Shown here piece by piece: positions 1 through 9,159 of a stretch of 64,000 bases of DNA. This stretch comes from a virus: the IMG/VR virus record IMGVR_UViG_2849712525_000001; one strand, 5' to 3'. A program made the position numbers and the translations under genes. Under the pieces are notes generated by a model. The model did no database searches and was not told the DNA's origin. It saw nothing but the letters and a program-made list of their open reading frames with translations. The first letter of the stretch is position 1, and each line of letters opens with the position of its first letter.

Positions 1-17
1 TTATATTTCATACTTTT

Positions 18-812
18 TCACAATTTACTACTTGACTTTAATATAGTTGTCTTTCTTTTAATAGTTGGAGCATGAATTTCCTTAACTACTTCATCCCCAA
101 TATCAAGAGATAAATCATATACATTATTGTGCATTGCAACTAAAGGAAGAATATTATATTGGATATAAGGGGCATATTCTTCATCAATGAGTTCATCATT
201 GTCAATCTCCTTGAAATTAAATCCATCAAATGTTTTAGCAGTAAAATATAGCGAATCACATAAAGGCAAAAATTTCTCTGCTTCTGATGATTCGACTAAA
301 GTTCCTGCGGTTATAGAATCATATTTTTCCTTAGGAAGATTTTTAAATTCACACAAATATGAGAAAACTTCTCTTGCTTCATCACTTGCTTTATTCCCCT
401 TTTTCACAAACTCTAATAAATCATATCCCAAAATCAATCTATAAAAGAGATGTGAATAGATATTTGTAGCATAAATCATTTTATCTGCTGGAATGACTAC
501 GAATGTTTCAATAGGATTTTTCGTACCCCCAGTGAATTTACATAAAAGAAATTCCTTTTTATCCTTTTTTCCCCACGCCATAATTGTGTTTTCATCAACA
601 ATTTGCGAATCAATTACTGCTTTAGCAATTTTACTTGATAGCCTTGATACGATTTTTCCACTCGATGGTGAAGGTGTTGTATTTTTAATTGAATAAAAAT
701 GCTCATCCTCCTTGTTTGCTGTAAATTGAGTGTTTGGAATTAAACTTCCTGCATCCGTTGAAGAAAATGCCATCCTAGATGCTTGATAAATCGTTTTTTT
801 AATTGCTGCCAT
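18..812 (-). CDS. hypothetical protein
   Basis: 264-aa ORF at window start; no recognisable motif. Confidence 0.45.
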   Translation of the reverse strand: MAAIKKTIYQASRMAFSSTDAGSLIPNTQFTANKEDEHFYSIKNTTPSPSSGKIVSRLSSKIAKAVIDSQIVDENTIMAWGKKDKKEFLLCKFTGGTKNPIETFVVIPADKMIYATNIYSHLFYRLILGYDLLEFVKKGNKASDEAREVFSYLCEFKNLPKEKYDSITAGTLVESSEAEKFLPLCDSLYFTAKTFDGFNFKEIDNDELIDEEYAPYIQYNILPLVAMHNNVYDLSLDIGDEVVKEIHAPTIKRKTTILKSSSKL

Positions 813-988
813 AAATTTTCTCCTTTCTTTTCTGCTCTTTTTATCTGATATCTTTTTTCTCTCATACGTATTGTCTCCATGACTTTTGTCAAAAGAAAAA
901 AGACTTTCTCTCTGTAGACACAGATAAAAAGTCGTTTAATAATACATATATATTTTATCATAAATCATTTGATTTGTGATAAGTCTTT

Positions 989-1321
989 TTATTCTATAGA
1001 GGATTTTGAATGCTTTTGAAACATCTTTTCAAACTCCTCTCTCTTCCGATGAAGATTTTCCTCGTCTAGCTGTTTCCATAACTCTTTTTCCTTTGAAATG
1101 CGTTCATATGCATCATTTAAAAAAAGTGCATCTGGAGACATTCCAAAATAGCGTGAGATAAGATAAGCATCATTATATGAGAGTTCATTTAACCCTCTTT
1201 CTAACGCACTCACATATTGAGGTGTTTTTCCTATAACTTTTGCAACATCAGCCTGTGTAATATTTAACCTTTTTCGCGTTTTTCTATAATGATTTAATCT
1301 TCTGCATTCCTGTAAATTCAT
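989..1321 (-). CDS. XRE/Cro-CI family HTH transcriptional regulator
   Basis: HTH signature ITQADVAKVIGKTPQYVSALERG; start moved to second Met (MNLQ) because it has a GGAGGGG RBS 5 nt upstream. Confidence 0.7.
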   Translation of the reverse strand: MNLQECRRLNHYRKTRKRLNITQADVAKVIGKTPQYVSALERGLNELSYNDAYLISRYFGMSPDALFLNDAYERISKEKELWKQLDEENLHRKREEFEKMFQKHSKSSIE

Positions 1322-1635
1322 AACTTCCCCTCCACTATCTAACAAAATTCTATATTTGTCATTTTATGATATAATAAATATGTACCTTTAGTACGAATTG
1401 TTTTTTTGTGATTCATATTGACTTTCCCTCCCTTTTATTGAGGATAGAAATAACATATCAGCTTATTTTATCCTACTAGAGTTTATATCCAATCACAAGA
1501 CCTATACAAATGAGTTATCTCCCTAACAAGTTTGTATATCATGTCATTAATTTGACTTTGAAAGTAATTGATTTTAAGAGACAGCATATAATATGTCTCG
1601 TCCGAAGCCCCTCATCTAGGGGCCCTTTTTTATAT

Positions 1636-2331
1636 CTATATATTGACATTCGTATCTACATTCTCATTAAAATCAATCATATTTCCACTCACTGCATTAT
1701 AAAATTCCTCATTTTCATCAAAAGGTATAAACCATTGCTGTTTCTTATCATCATAATAAAACTCAACAATAAATGTTTTCTGATAATTTCTTTTTATTGT
1801 ATGGACTGCGGATTTAATCTTTTCAATATTACGAGTTAAAAATTCCTCATGATTATAATTTATATCTATCTGTGTATCATCGTTCACAAGCTGCTCGATA
1901 ATCTTATCTAATATCTCTAAATTATTATATGTCGTTACAGTTATCTTTGCTTTGGAATAAGGAATATGACTTGACCAGTTATCAACTGTCATTGTCTGTA
2001 TTTGATAAGAAACATTCCCGTATATATGTTCTTCTATTATATTGTGAATATCCTGATTATTTTCAAATCCTGTCTCAATAATAAACCTTTCTGGAGCGGT
2101 TTGAGAAATCTCTGCAATTTCTTCAACGTTTTTATTATTCCATGCTATAAATAGCGATTCTACTTTAGCCTGAATTTGAGTCCGCTGCCTATAATTATCT
2201 TTTAGCACTCCTATAACCAATAGCAAAGCGAAGCACATGAAAACAGACATTAGCATTTTTGCTATTTTTTTATAATTAAATAATCCCCATAAAATGAATG
2301 ATTTTATCTTTAGTTTTAATCCTCTTATCAT
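1636..2331 (-). CDS. membrane-anchored hypothetical protein
   Basis: 231-aa ORF, single N-terminal hydrophobic helix. Confidence 0.5.
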   Translation of the reverse strand: MIRGLKLKIKSFILWGLFNYKKIAKMLMSVFMCFALLLVIGVLKDNYRQRTQIQAKVESLFIAWNNKNVEEIAEISQTAPERFIIETGFENNQDIHNIIEEHIYGNVSYQIQTMTVDNWSSHIPYSKAKITVTTYNNLEILDKIIEQLVNDDTQIDINYNHEEFLTRNIEKIKSAVHTIKRNYQKTFIVEFYYDDKKQQWFIPFDENEEFYNAVSGNMIDFNENVDTNVNI

Positions 2332-2533
2332 TTGTCACCTCTCTCATTTCCTTTTTATTATATCACTATAATCACATTTCTATATTATACAAACTATAAT
2401 TATAATTTTTTAGCATTTATACAAATTGTGATATAATATAAGTGTCTTTTTAATACGAATTTAATTATTATAATTACTTTCAAAACGTAAGTCCTAGTTA
2501 TCCATAAATCTAGGCAGAAGGGAGAAAAATTTT

Positions 2534-3058
2534 ATGGAACAATTTATTTTATTATCAGTTTATTCAGAGTATGAAAAAACATCAGAAATGATAGCTAATA
2601 CTCAAAGATTTATACCTTTTATTGCGCTTGCATTTATATTCTTTATAATTGTACTAGTTATTGTTGGAATTTGTACTGCCTTTTTTAGCTATAAGGAGCT
2701 AACTGTTAAAAGAAAAACAGAGCAAGCAAAAATTAGTGCAGAATTATTGAAAGCGAAATCAACTTTATTAGCTGCTCAAGCACAGTTTGCTCATGCTCAG
2801 CAAAAAGATGTTGATAGTGTAACTGCAACTGCTTTAAGAACTGCTTTTGCTAAGATTAAAAGTCCTGAGGATGTTTTATCTGTTGTTGATTCAGCTGAAC
2901 ATCAGGCTCATTCTCAACTTTTAAAATCACCTCTTTTTGATGATGATTTCACTATTGAGTCTGAAGCAGACCTTAATCATTTTCTTGACCGCATGGCAGA
3001 AGATTTAACTTCTGGTTTACAATCTCAAGATGTAACTGATACTATTCCCGTAGAGTAG
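2534..3058 (+). CDS. membrane protein, hypothetical
   Basis: 174 aa, TM helix (FIPFIALAFIFFIIVLVIVGI), Ala/Gln-rich coiled segment. Confidence 0.5.
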   Translation: MEQFILLSVYSEYEKTSEMIANTQRFIPFIALAFIFFIIVLVIVGICTAFFSYKELTVKRKTEQAKISAELLKAKSTLLAAQAQFAHAQQKDVDSVTATALRTAFAKIKSPEDVLSVVDSAEHQAHSQLLKSPLFDDDFTIESEADLNHFLDRMAEDLTSGLQSQDVTDTIPVE

Positions 3059-3112
3059 GAATTCAAAATTCTGTAGCATTTGCTACAGTTTTTTTGTGCA
3101 TTATTTTATAAA

Positions 3113-3604
3113 TTATATCTTCCTATATTCTACCTTCAAATCTTTATCAAGCTTATAGGAGATTATGGAAGGAGTGTCTTTTTTATATGCATGGACATTC
3201 ATAATATACCCTTCATCTATCTGATGAAATTCTATTGCAATTGGAATAATAGATGTTGTCTTTAACATATCGGATACTCTCCTATGTTCTATTTTAACAC
3301 TTTCACAAATCCATAAAATGTTTGAAATATTTGTAAGTTGAGAATAGATAAGAACTTGTCCAAGGTGCTTAGAGTCACTGTTTTCATACTGATTCTCTAC
3401 AATCAGCCCTCCTTCTCCCTCTTTCTCTTTGTATATCATATCTATTCTATACTCACCTATTGTGGCTTCTGTTTTAAAAAGAGAAATAGGATTATCAAAG
3501 ATGTTGAGGGTTTTAGCTATATCTGGAATAAGATTATTTTTAGCCAGCCATGGTGTAAAATCTGTAGTCTCATTTGGGAAGATATCTCGTAAATCAATTT
3601 TCAC
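3113..3604 (-). CDS. putative PD-(D/E)xK nuclease-fold protein
   Basis: 163 aa; segment IDMIYKEKEGEGGLIVENQYENSDSKHLGQ resembles D..E.Q/K restriction-endonuclease-like core; weak. Confidence 0.35.
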   Translation of the reverse strand: MKIDLRDIFPNETTDFTPWLAKNNLIPDIAKTLNIFDNPISLFKTEATIGEYRIDMIYKEKEGEGGLIVENQYENSDSKHLGQVLIYSQLTNISNILWICESVKIEHRRVSDMLKTTSIIPIAIEFHQIDEGYIMNVHAYKKDTPSIISYKLDKDLKVEYRKI

Positions 3605-3636
3605 TCCTTTCTCACTCCTGGACGTTTGCCCAAATT

Positions 3637-4302
3637 TTACTTCATCGAAAAATCTAATATCTTTATCTGATTATCTCTTTCTTTTGTCTTTATATATAAA
3701 TCAAAATGATAAAACATTTCATATAATGAATCTTCCTCATAACAAAATAGGAATTTCTTCTCCTGCAAATCAAGTATGGAATATACCCCTGTACTATTCC
3801 CTAAGAAACATTTTAATTCTATTTTTCCCATAGTTCCAAATAAAGGATTATAGTTAGCCAAATAACTTAGATAGGGAGTGAAAACAGCAAATTCACAAAA
3901 GCCATACTCATCTATCAGAATATCTAAACAAAAAGATTCACCTTGATTCTTGTTTCTTAAAAGAGAAAAGTTATCACTATAATATAAAGAAGCCTTTGCC
4001 TTTTCTTTCTCCATTGGTAAAACATTCATTTTCTTTAGGCTTTTCAAAATCTTTTTAAAATCATCACCCACTACAAATAGATGCCGAATACTTCCATAAT
4101 TCAATTGATGGTTTCTTATAAGAATTTCTTCTTCAATACTTTTCAGGTATGTTTCTAGTTTCAAATCAAATAACCTCCATAAAAAAAGTGTCAGGCTTAG
4201 CACGACACTTAAAAGTATAATATCTATATAGAATCTGCTTTGGCTCCTTTCTTTTCTTGATTTGTTTTTTGAATGCTCTTGATAACATCTATTTTTACAC
4301 AA
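3637..4302 (-). CDS. hypothetical protein downstream of nucleotidyltransferase (start uncertain)
   Basis: ATG ORF overlaps upstream gene by 79 nt and would carry an N-terminal TM helix; alternative TTG start near 4164 has a GGAGG RBS and gives a 176-aa soluble protein. Confidence 0.4.
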   Translation of the reverse strand: MCKNRCYQEHSKNKSRKERSQSRFYIDIILLSVVLSLTLFLWRLFDLKLETYLKSIEEEILIRNHQLNYGSIRHLFVVGDDFKKILKSLKKMNVLPMEKEKAKASLYYSDNFSLLRNKNQGESFCLDILIDEYGFCEFAVFTPYLSYLANYNPLFGTMGKIELKCFLGNSTGVYSILDLQEKKFLFCYEEDSLYEMFYHFDLYIKTKERDNQIKILDFSMK

Positions 4303-5126
4303 TCTGAAACATAATCCTCAAAAAGAGAATTAAGTTTATCCAACGTTATATCATTAACTGTGAGAGAATTATTCTCCAGTAACTTGTTTATTTCACATTC
4401 GGCTTTTTTCACATATGTATCAGCCAAATAAATTGCTTCTGAATACTCTATTGGTGCTGTTTTATATTTCTTAATCTTATTTTTCTCTTTTATTGATAGA
4501 AAATCAAGATTCATAAGTGATTCAAAGTTTACTTTTCCATCTAATCTAGCAACTTCTGAGACCATTTCAGATAAACGTGCAAGATGATGCAACTGCTTTG
4601 GGTTATATTTATAAATATCAAAAATTTCTTGTCCAGAATCTGTTCTCTTTTCAAGCCCCTTTCTTTTTTCATAAATAAATCCCTGCATTGACTTAACAAA
4701 TCTTTTTACATCCCGATTTGAGATATCGTCTCTCATTTCCTTCAAAGATTTTAAAAATAATAAAGTTCTAACACGTTGGTATTCCTTATTTACATAGAAA
4801 TATGGGGTATATAATAACTCCAGATATGTTGGATTCATCTTATAAAGAAGATTTCCTAATAATCTAATATCTTTCACTTCAATATGACTCTTATCATTCA
4901 TGACAAGTTCTTTAGAAATCATATTTGGTCTTTCAAGTAAGTCTTTAAGCGTTGGGATAATAAAGCACTTAACATCAAAATCACTGCTATAGTCGTCAGT
5001 ATATTCGTCAAAACCATAATTCTGGGAACCTTGTAAACACATAAATGCAACATGATAATCAGTATTTTCTTTAAGCCAGTTCATTTTCTTTTTCATTTCA
5101 TTTAATACCATTTGTTTTTTTGCCAT
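4224..5126 (-). CDS. Pol-beta superfamily nucleotidyltransferase domain protein
   Basis: GS-x15-DFDV motif (LQGSQNYGFDEYTDDYSSDFDVKCFII) typical of minimal nucleotidyltransferases; 300 aa. Confidence 0.6.
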   Translation of the reverse strand: MAKKQMVLNEMKKKMNWLKENTDYHVAFMCLQGSQNYGFDEYTDDYSSDFDVKCFIIPTLKDLLERPNMISKELVMNDKSHIEVKDIRLLGNLLYKMNPTYLELLYTPYFYVNKEYQRVRTLLFLKSLKEMRDDISNRDVKRFVKSMQGFIYEKRKGLEKRTDSGQEIFDIYKYNPKQLHHLARLSEMVSEVARLDGKVNFESLMNLDFLSIKEKNKIKKYKTAPIEYSEAIYLADTYVKKAECEINKLLENNSLTVNDITLDKLNSLFEDYVSDCVKIDVIKSIQKTNQEKKGAKADSI

Positions 5127-5170
5127 ATTTCTATCAATCCCCCTATCTCAAGTATTTCTTTACAACCACA

Positions 5171-5199
5171 ATTATAACATATAATTAGATTTTAGTCAA
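5171..5199 (-). promoter_or_regulatory. sigma-A type promoter TTGACT-N17-TGTTATAAT (copy 1 of 3)
   Basis: Read on minus strand: TTGACT, 17-nt spacer, extended -10 TGTTATAAT; 45 nt upstream of the 4224..5126 start. Confidence 0.5.
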
Positions 5200-5232
5200 T
5201 AATATGAATTTTATTTACTTAGATAAATTATT

Positions 5233-6483
5233 TCATCTTAAAAAACCTGGTGGATGAATATCCATTCCTAACTGTGTTGAAAAATCAGAAAGCTCCTCAT
5301 CTAGTAGACTATGACCATATTTTATGCTTTTTTCTCCCCACCTCTCTTTAATTTCCTGAATAACCTCCTCTAAATGCAACTGTTCATAACGGTCCTCTTC
5401 ATTAGCAGTATTAAATAGACTCATTTGATACGCATAAGTTTCCTTCTCAACAAGGCTGCTGACAGATATTGAAAGACTTCTTAAAGGAATAGCCATATTC
5501 CAATTATCCCTAAGAAGAATCATTACCATATCCAAGATTTCCTGTGCTATGTTTGTAGGAGTATCTACTCGCTTTTGCCTGCTTAATCCCTGTAAATCCT
5601 TATACCTCATACCAATGGATATAACAGACCCTAGCTTATTTGATTGTCGCAATCGTTTAGCAACACTTTCTGCAAGCATTGACAGGACTATCTTTGCTTC
5701 CTCAATAGTATGTATATCATGTTTTGCTGTTATGCCATTCCCTACACTCTTTATCACTTGCTGACTTGAATTGACTGAGAGAGTGTCATAGCCATTTGCA
5801 AACAGCCATACCATTTCACCATTCTTCCCCAGAAAACTCTTGATATATTCTTTAGATGATAATGCTAAATCTCCTAATGTATAGATATTTCTTTCATTCA
5901 ATTGTGATGATGTTGCTTTTCCTATATAAAGAATATCTGCAACGGGTAATGGAAAAACCATATCTTTAAAATTATCTCGTGTTATCACTGCAAGCCCTTG
6001 TTTCTTATCTAAGTCACTTCCTAATTTTGCAAAAACCTTATTAAAGCTTAACCCCATCGATACTGTCAACCCAAGTTCTTTAAACACTCTTCTTTGAATC
6101 TCCTCGGCTAATTCCATAGCAGTCTTATGAAAAAGTTTTTCGGTTCCTGTAATATCAATCCAGGCTTCATCCAAGCCAAAACTTTCAACCTTATCACTAT
6201 ATTCTCGATAAATTCTTTTGACTTCCTCTGTATAGAATAAATAGTCATCATAATGCGGAGGAACAATTAACAGTTCTGGGCATTTCTGAAAAGCGTCTCT
6301 CAGTGATTCACCAGTTTTAATATGATACTTTTTAGCCAAATCATTTTTTGCAAGAATAATTCCATGCCTGTCCTCTTCATGACCTCCAATAGCCATTGGA
6401 ACATTTCTTAATTCTGGATACATCATTTCTTCAATCTGAGCATAGCAATGATTAATATCACTATGGATTATCCATCTTTCCAT
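5233..6483 (-). CDS. Y-family DNA polymerase (DinB/UmuC-like, translesion)
   Basis: N-terminus MERWIIHSDINHCYAQIEEMMYPELRNVPMAIGG matches DinB signature; 416 aa. Confidence 0.85.
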   Translation of the reverse strand: MERWIIHSDINHCYAQIEEMMYPELRNVPMAIGGHEEDRHGIILAKNDLAKKYHIKTGESLRDAFQKCPELLIVPPHYDDYLFYTEEVKRIYREYSDKVESFGLDEAWIDITGTEKLFHKTAMELAEEIQRRVFKELGLTVSMGLSFNKVFAKLGSDLDKKQGLAVITRDNFKDMVFPLPVADILYIGKATSSQLNERNIYTLGDLALSSKEYIKSFLGKNGEMVWLFANGYDTLSVNSSQQVIKSVGNGITAKHDIHTIEEAKIVLSMLAESVAKRLRQSNKLGSVISIGMRYKDLQGLSRQKRVDTPTNIAQEILDMVMILLRDNWNMAIPLRSLSISVSSLVEKETYAYQMSLFNTANEEDRYEQLHLEEVIQEIKERWGEKSIKYGHSLLDEELSDFSTQLGMDIHPPGFLR

Positions 6484-6596
6484 ATGTCACCCTCCTTACA
6501 ATTCCATTATATATTCTTTACAGATAATGTGATTTATTATCTGTAATAATAAAACCCTTTTTTCGGTGTTAAAACAAAAAAGAGCAGCAATGCTAC

Positions 6597-7143
6597 TCAT
6601 TCGTATCTATGTTTTTTCTTAGTACAATCTTTCCAGCTTCTGCTATATTGTCTTGATATGTCATCCCATGATGTTGGCAGGTTTTTTATTCTACCGTTTT
6701 TTAAAGATAATTTTGTATTTGGATAATTCTCCTTATATTCTCTTCTCTCCTCTTTTGAAACTATGTTCTTTAAACTATGTGTAGTGTAAGGGGTTCTATA
6801 GTGTTTATAATGGTTATGTCCAATATGAGGACAACTTTTGTATTTGCGTTTGTAAAATTCAAGTCTTTCATTGCGGTAATTATCATAGAGTTTTTGAAGA
6901 TTAATATAAGTTTTTGTATTATATTCAGCAAAAAGGAAAACTGTTCCCTTTGTACACATGAAATAATCATCTTGAATTATAAAAAAAATTATTTTTCCAA
7001 ACATCTTCCCAATTTTGAAAATTTAATGTATCTGAAAATTCCCATTTACTGTCTATGATTAATTTTCCATCTTCTGAAAATTTGTAAGTGGCAGAATAAA
7101 TATCGTAAGTTTTAGCTTTATAATTTGAATGTATAGCTTTCAT
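6597..7143 (-). pseudogene. frameshifted hypothetical gene (break in A8/T8 homopolymer)
   Basis: 58-aa ORF with perfect AGGAGG RBS at 7143 runs into the 135-aa ORF in another frame; overlap contains an 8-nt homopolymer at 6982-6989; total length not a multiple of 3. Confidence 0.4.
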
Positions 7144-7547
7144 ATCTTCCTCCTAAAAAAGACTATCTTTCCTTGAAAAATAGCCACTTCGTTATATATT
7201 ACTATAAATAGTATATCATGATTAAAAACATATTTAATTTTATCAACAGGTTTATTCTTATTTTTATAATTCAAGTTATACTTGAATCTATTTTATATTT
7301 ATGACAAAATAAAACTACGCAGACAAGTGATTACTCTGCGTAGAGGTGAAATTGCCTTTGGCTTGCAGGATAAAACCTGCCTTAAAAAAATGCTTGCCAA
7401 GTATCCTATTCATCGTTTTTGTAGATGTCATAGAATGCCTGGCAACAAAAAACATGTCACTCATAAACACAATTATCTTTACCCTGATTGTAGATGTGAC
7501 TATTAACGTTGTCTCAGAATTTTGGAGACATGAGCCAAAATAGGCAT

Positions 7548-7570
7548 GGGAGCGAAAGCTCCCTTTTATT
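7548..7570 (+). terminator. rho-independent terminator hairpin
   Basis: GGGAGCGAAAGCTCCC followed by TTTTATT. Confidence 0.4.
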
Positions 7571-7680
7571 ATATCACATTTAGAAATTTGTAATGTTTTT
7601 TTTAACCTCTAAGAAATGCATATTGTATTTTTAGTGCTCATGGAAAATTATATATATCTTCTTTTTACATTATCAGCAAA

Positions 7681-8247
7681 TTATTTATTCTGAATGAATT
7701 GATTATCCAGGTACTTTCTTACATTTGTTGCAGACTGCTCTTGAATCTCAATAATTTGGGCACCATTTATATAGGCTATTTCTTTTAGTTCCCTACTGAT
7801 TCCCGTATAATCTGATGCTCCTACTACCAATAATGTATCTCCTTTACCTAGTTGTGAAACCATTTGTATCGCCTTGTTGTAGTTTGGTGCAATATCCCCA
7901 TAAAGAATAGGTTTATCTACAAGTAATGATGCATTATCTAATTCTTCTTCATCTGGAAGTGTTCCATGTAATTCTAGGGCATCACTTCCAGCATCCTTAT
8001 GTAAGCCATCAATATTCATTGTTATAATAGGAATTTTATACTCAGCCAGAGCTATATGAGCATCATTGGGCTTTGCTTCATTCACATTCGCCTTTAATTG
8101 TTGGATAACTTCATTATATTCATCAGGAAAACTATTGGCATATTCTCTTGTCAGTTTATTTCTCAAGCCTTTCTGATTTTCAAAGGTTGGTATACCAGAT
8201 TCTTGAGAAATACCTGCGCCAGTAAATGCTATTATCACCTTTATCAC
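7681..8247 (-). CDS. SIR2-family protein lacking the zinc-binding module (minimal sirtuin)
   Basis: GAGISQESGIPTF, TMNIDGLHKDAGS, ELHG, VVGAS motifs in canonical order; no Cys pairs between ELHG and the C-terminal strand; 188 aa. Confidence 0.7.
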   Translation of the reverse strand: MIKVIIAFTGAGISQESGIPTFENQKGLRNKLTREYANSFPDEYNEVIQQLKANVNEAKPNDAHIALAEYKIPIITMNIDGLHKDAGSDALELHGTLPDEEELDNASLLVDKPILYGDIAPNYNKAIQMVSQLGKGDTLLVVGASDYTGISRELKEIAYINGAQIIEIQEQSATNVRKYLDNQFIQNK

Positions 8248-8335
8248 CTCAGTATATTTATGACTTTCTATACCATTAATTATATCATATTCATCTTTTC
8301 TTTATGCTATAATTTATGTGAAAGGATGTTTGACT

Positions 8336-9037
8336 ATGGAAAGCGATGAACTAGATATTTTAATGGAAGAATGGCAGGAATATGAAAGAAACCGCCTTGG
8401 GAATGAGTTCAAATATTTTATTAATGATGGATTTATTGATAAGAAGGCTTGGATGAATCAAACAGGAGTCAAGATTTGCTATTTTCTAAAAGAAGCCTAT
8501 CATGATGAAAATAATGATACTCCGGAACATGTTCTTAATTGGATTAGAGATTGTATTCAAAAGGATGGTCCGACACATATGTGGAAAAAAGTATCTACAT
8601 GGACTCAAGCCATTAAATTAGCTGAACTTTTAGAGATACCCGTGTATAATTACAAAGAAATTTACACAAATTGTAAAAAGAGAACTCGTGAAATCGCCTT
8701 TGTGAATATTAAGAAAAGCAATGGTTTATCTCATTCGGATTCAGAGGAACTGATGAAATTGGTAGAAGATAAGCAAACTGCTGAATATCTCAAAAAGGAA
8801 TTAGAAATTATTAATCCTGATGTTATTGTCTGTGGAAACACATTCAAATATCTTCAAAAAATCCTTGGTAATGAACTAACTGGGGAAAAGCCTAATGAAA
8901 AATACTTTGCATTTTGGAAAGATAGAATCATTATTAATTATTATCACCCAGCATCACGAACTTCACAAATTGTTAATTTCTATGCCTTAAGTGCAATTTA
9001 TAAGGCAGCCATAAACGAAAGCAATCACAGCTTATAA
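8336..9037 (+). CDS. hypothetical protein
   Basis: ORF with AAAGGA RBS before MESDELDIL; C-terminal YYHPASRTSQ weakly reminiscent of UDG-superfamily motif B. Confidence 0.45.
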   Translation: MESDELDILMEEWQEYERNRLGNEFKYFINDGFIDKKAWMNQTGVKICYFLKEAYHDENNDTPEHVLNWIRDCIQKDGPTHMWKKVSTWTQAIKLAELLEIPVYNYKEIYTNCKKRTREIAFVNIKKSNGLSHSDSEELMKLVEDKQTAEYLKKELEIINPDVIVCGNTFKYLQKILGNELTGEKPNEKYFAFWKDRIIINYYHPASRTSQIVNFYALSAIYKAAINESNHSL

Positions 9038-9159
9038 ATATTGCTTAATGCAAATTATAAAAAGAAATATAGGGAGTCAGTATGAAACGAGCCTCAAAAT
9101 TTGGATAACCAAATAATTGAGTTCACTTCTAAATAGGCTCCCTTTTTATTATTCTATAA

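Noticed and set aside
1510-1839. Plus-strand 109-aa ORF
   Set aside because: Overlaps the better-supported minus-strand gene 1636..2331; Ile/Leu-rich translation typical of AT-rich antisense frames
6770-7058. ORFs 6770..6970 and 6777..7058
   Set aside because: Embedded in or antisense to the frameshifted gene 6597..7143; no independent support
8336-9037. Uracil-DNA-glycosylase-like call for the gene divergent from SIR2
   Set aside because: Only a weak C-terminal HPA(S) resemblance; N-terminal motif A absent
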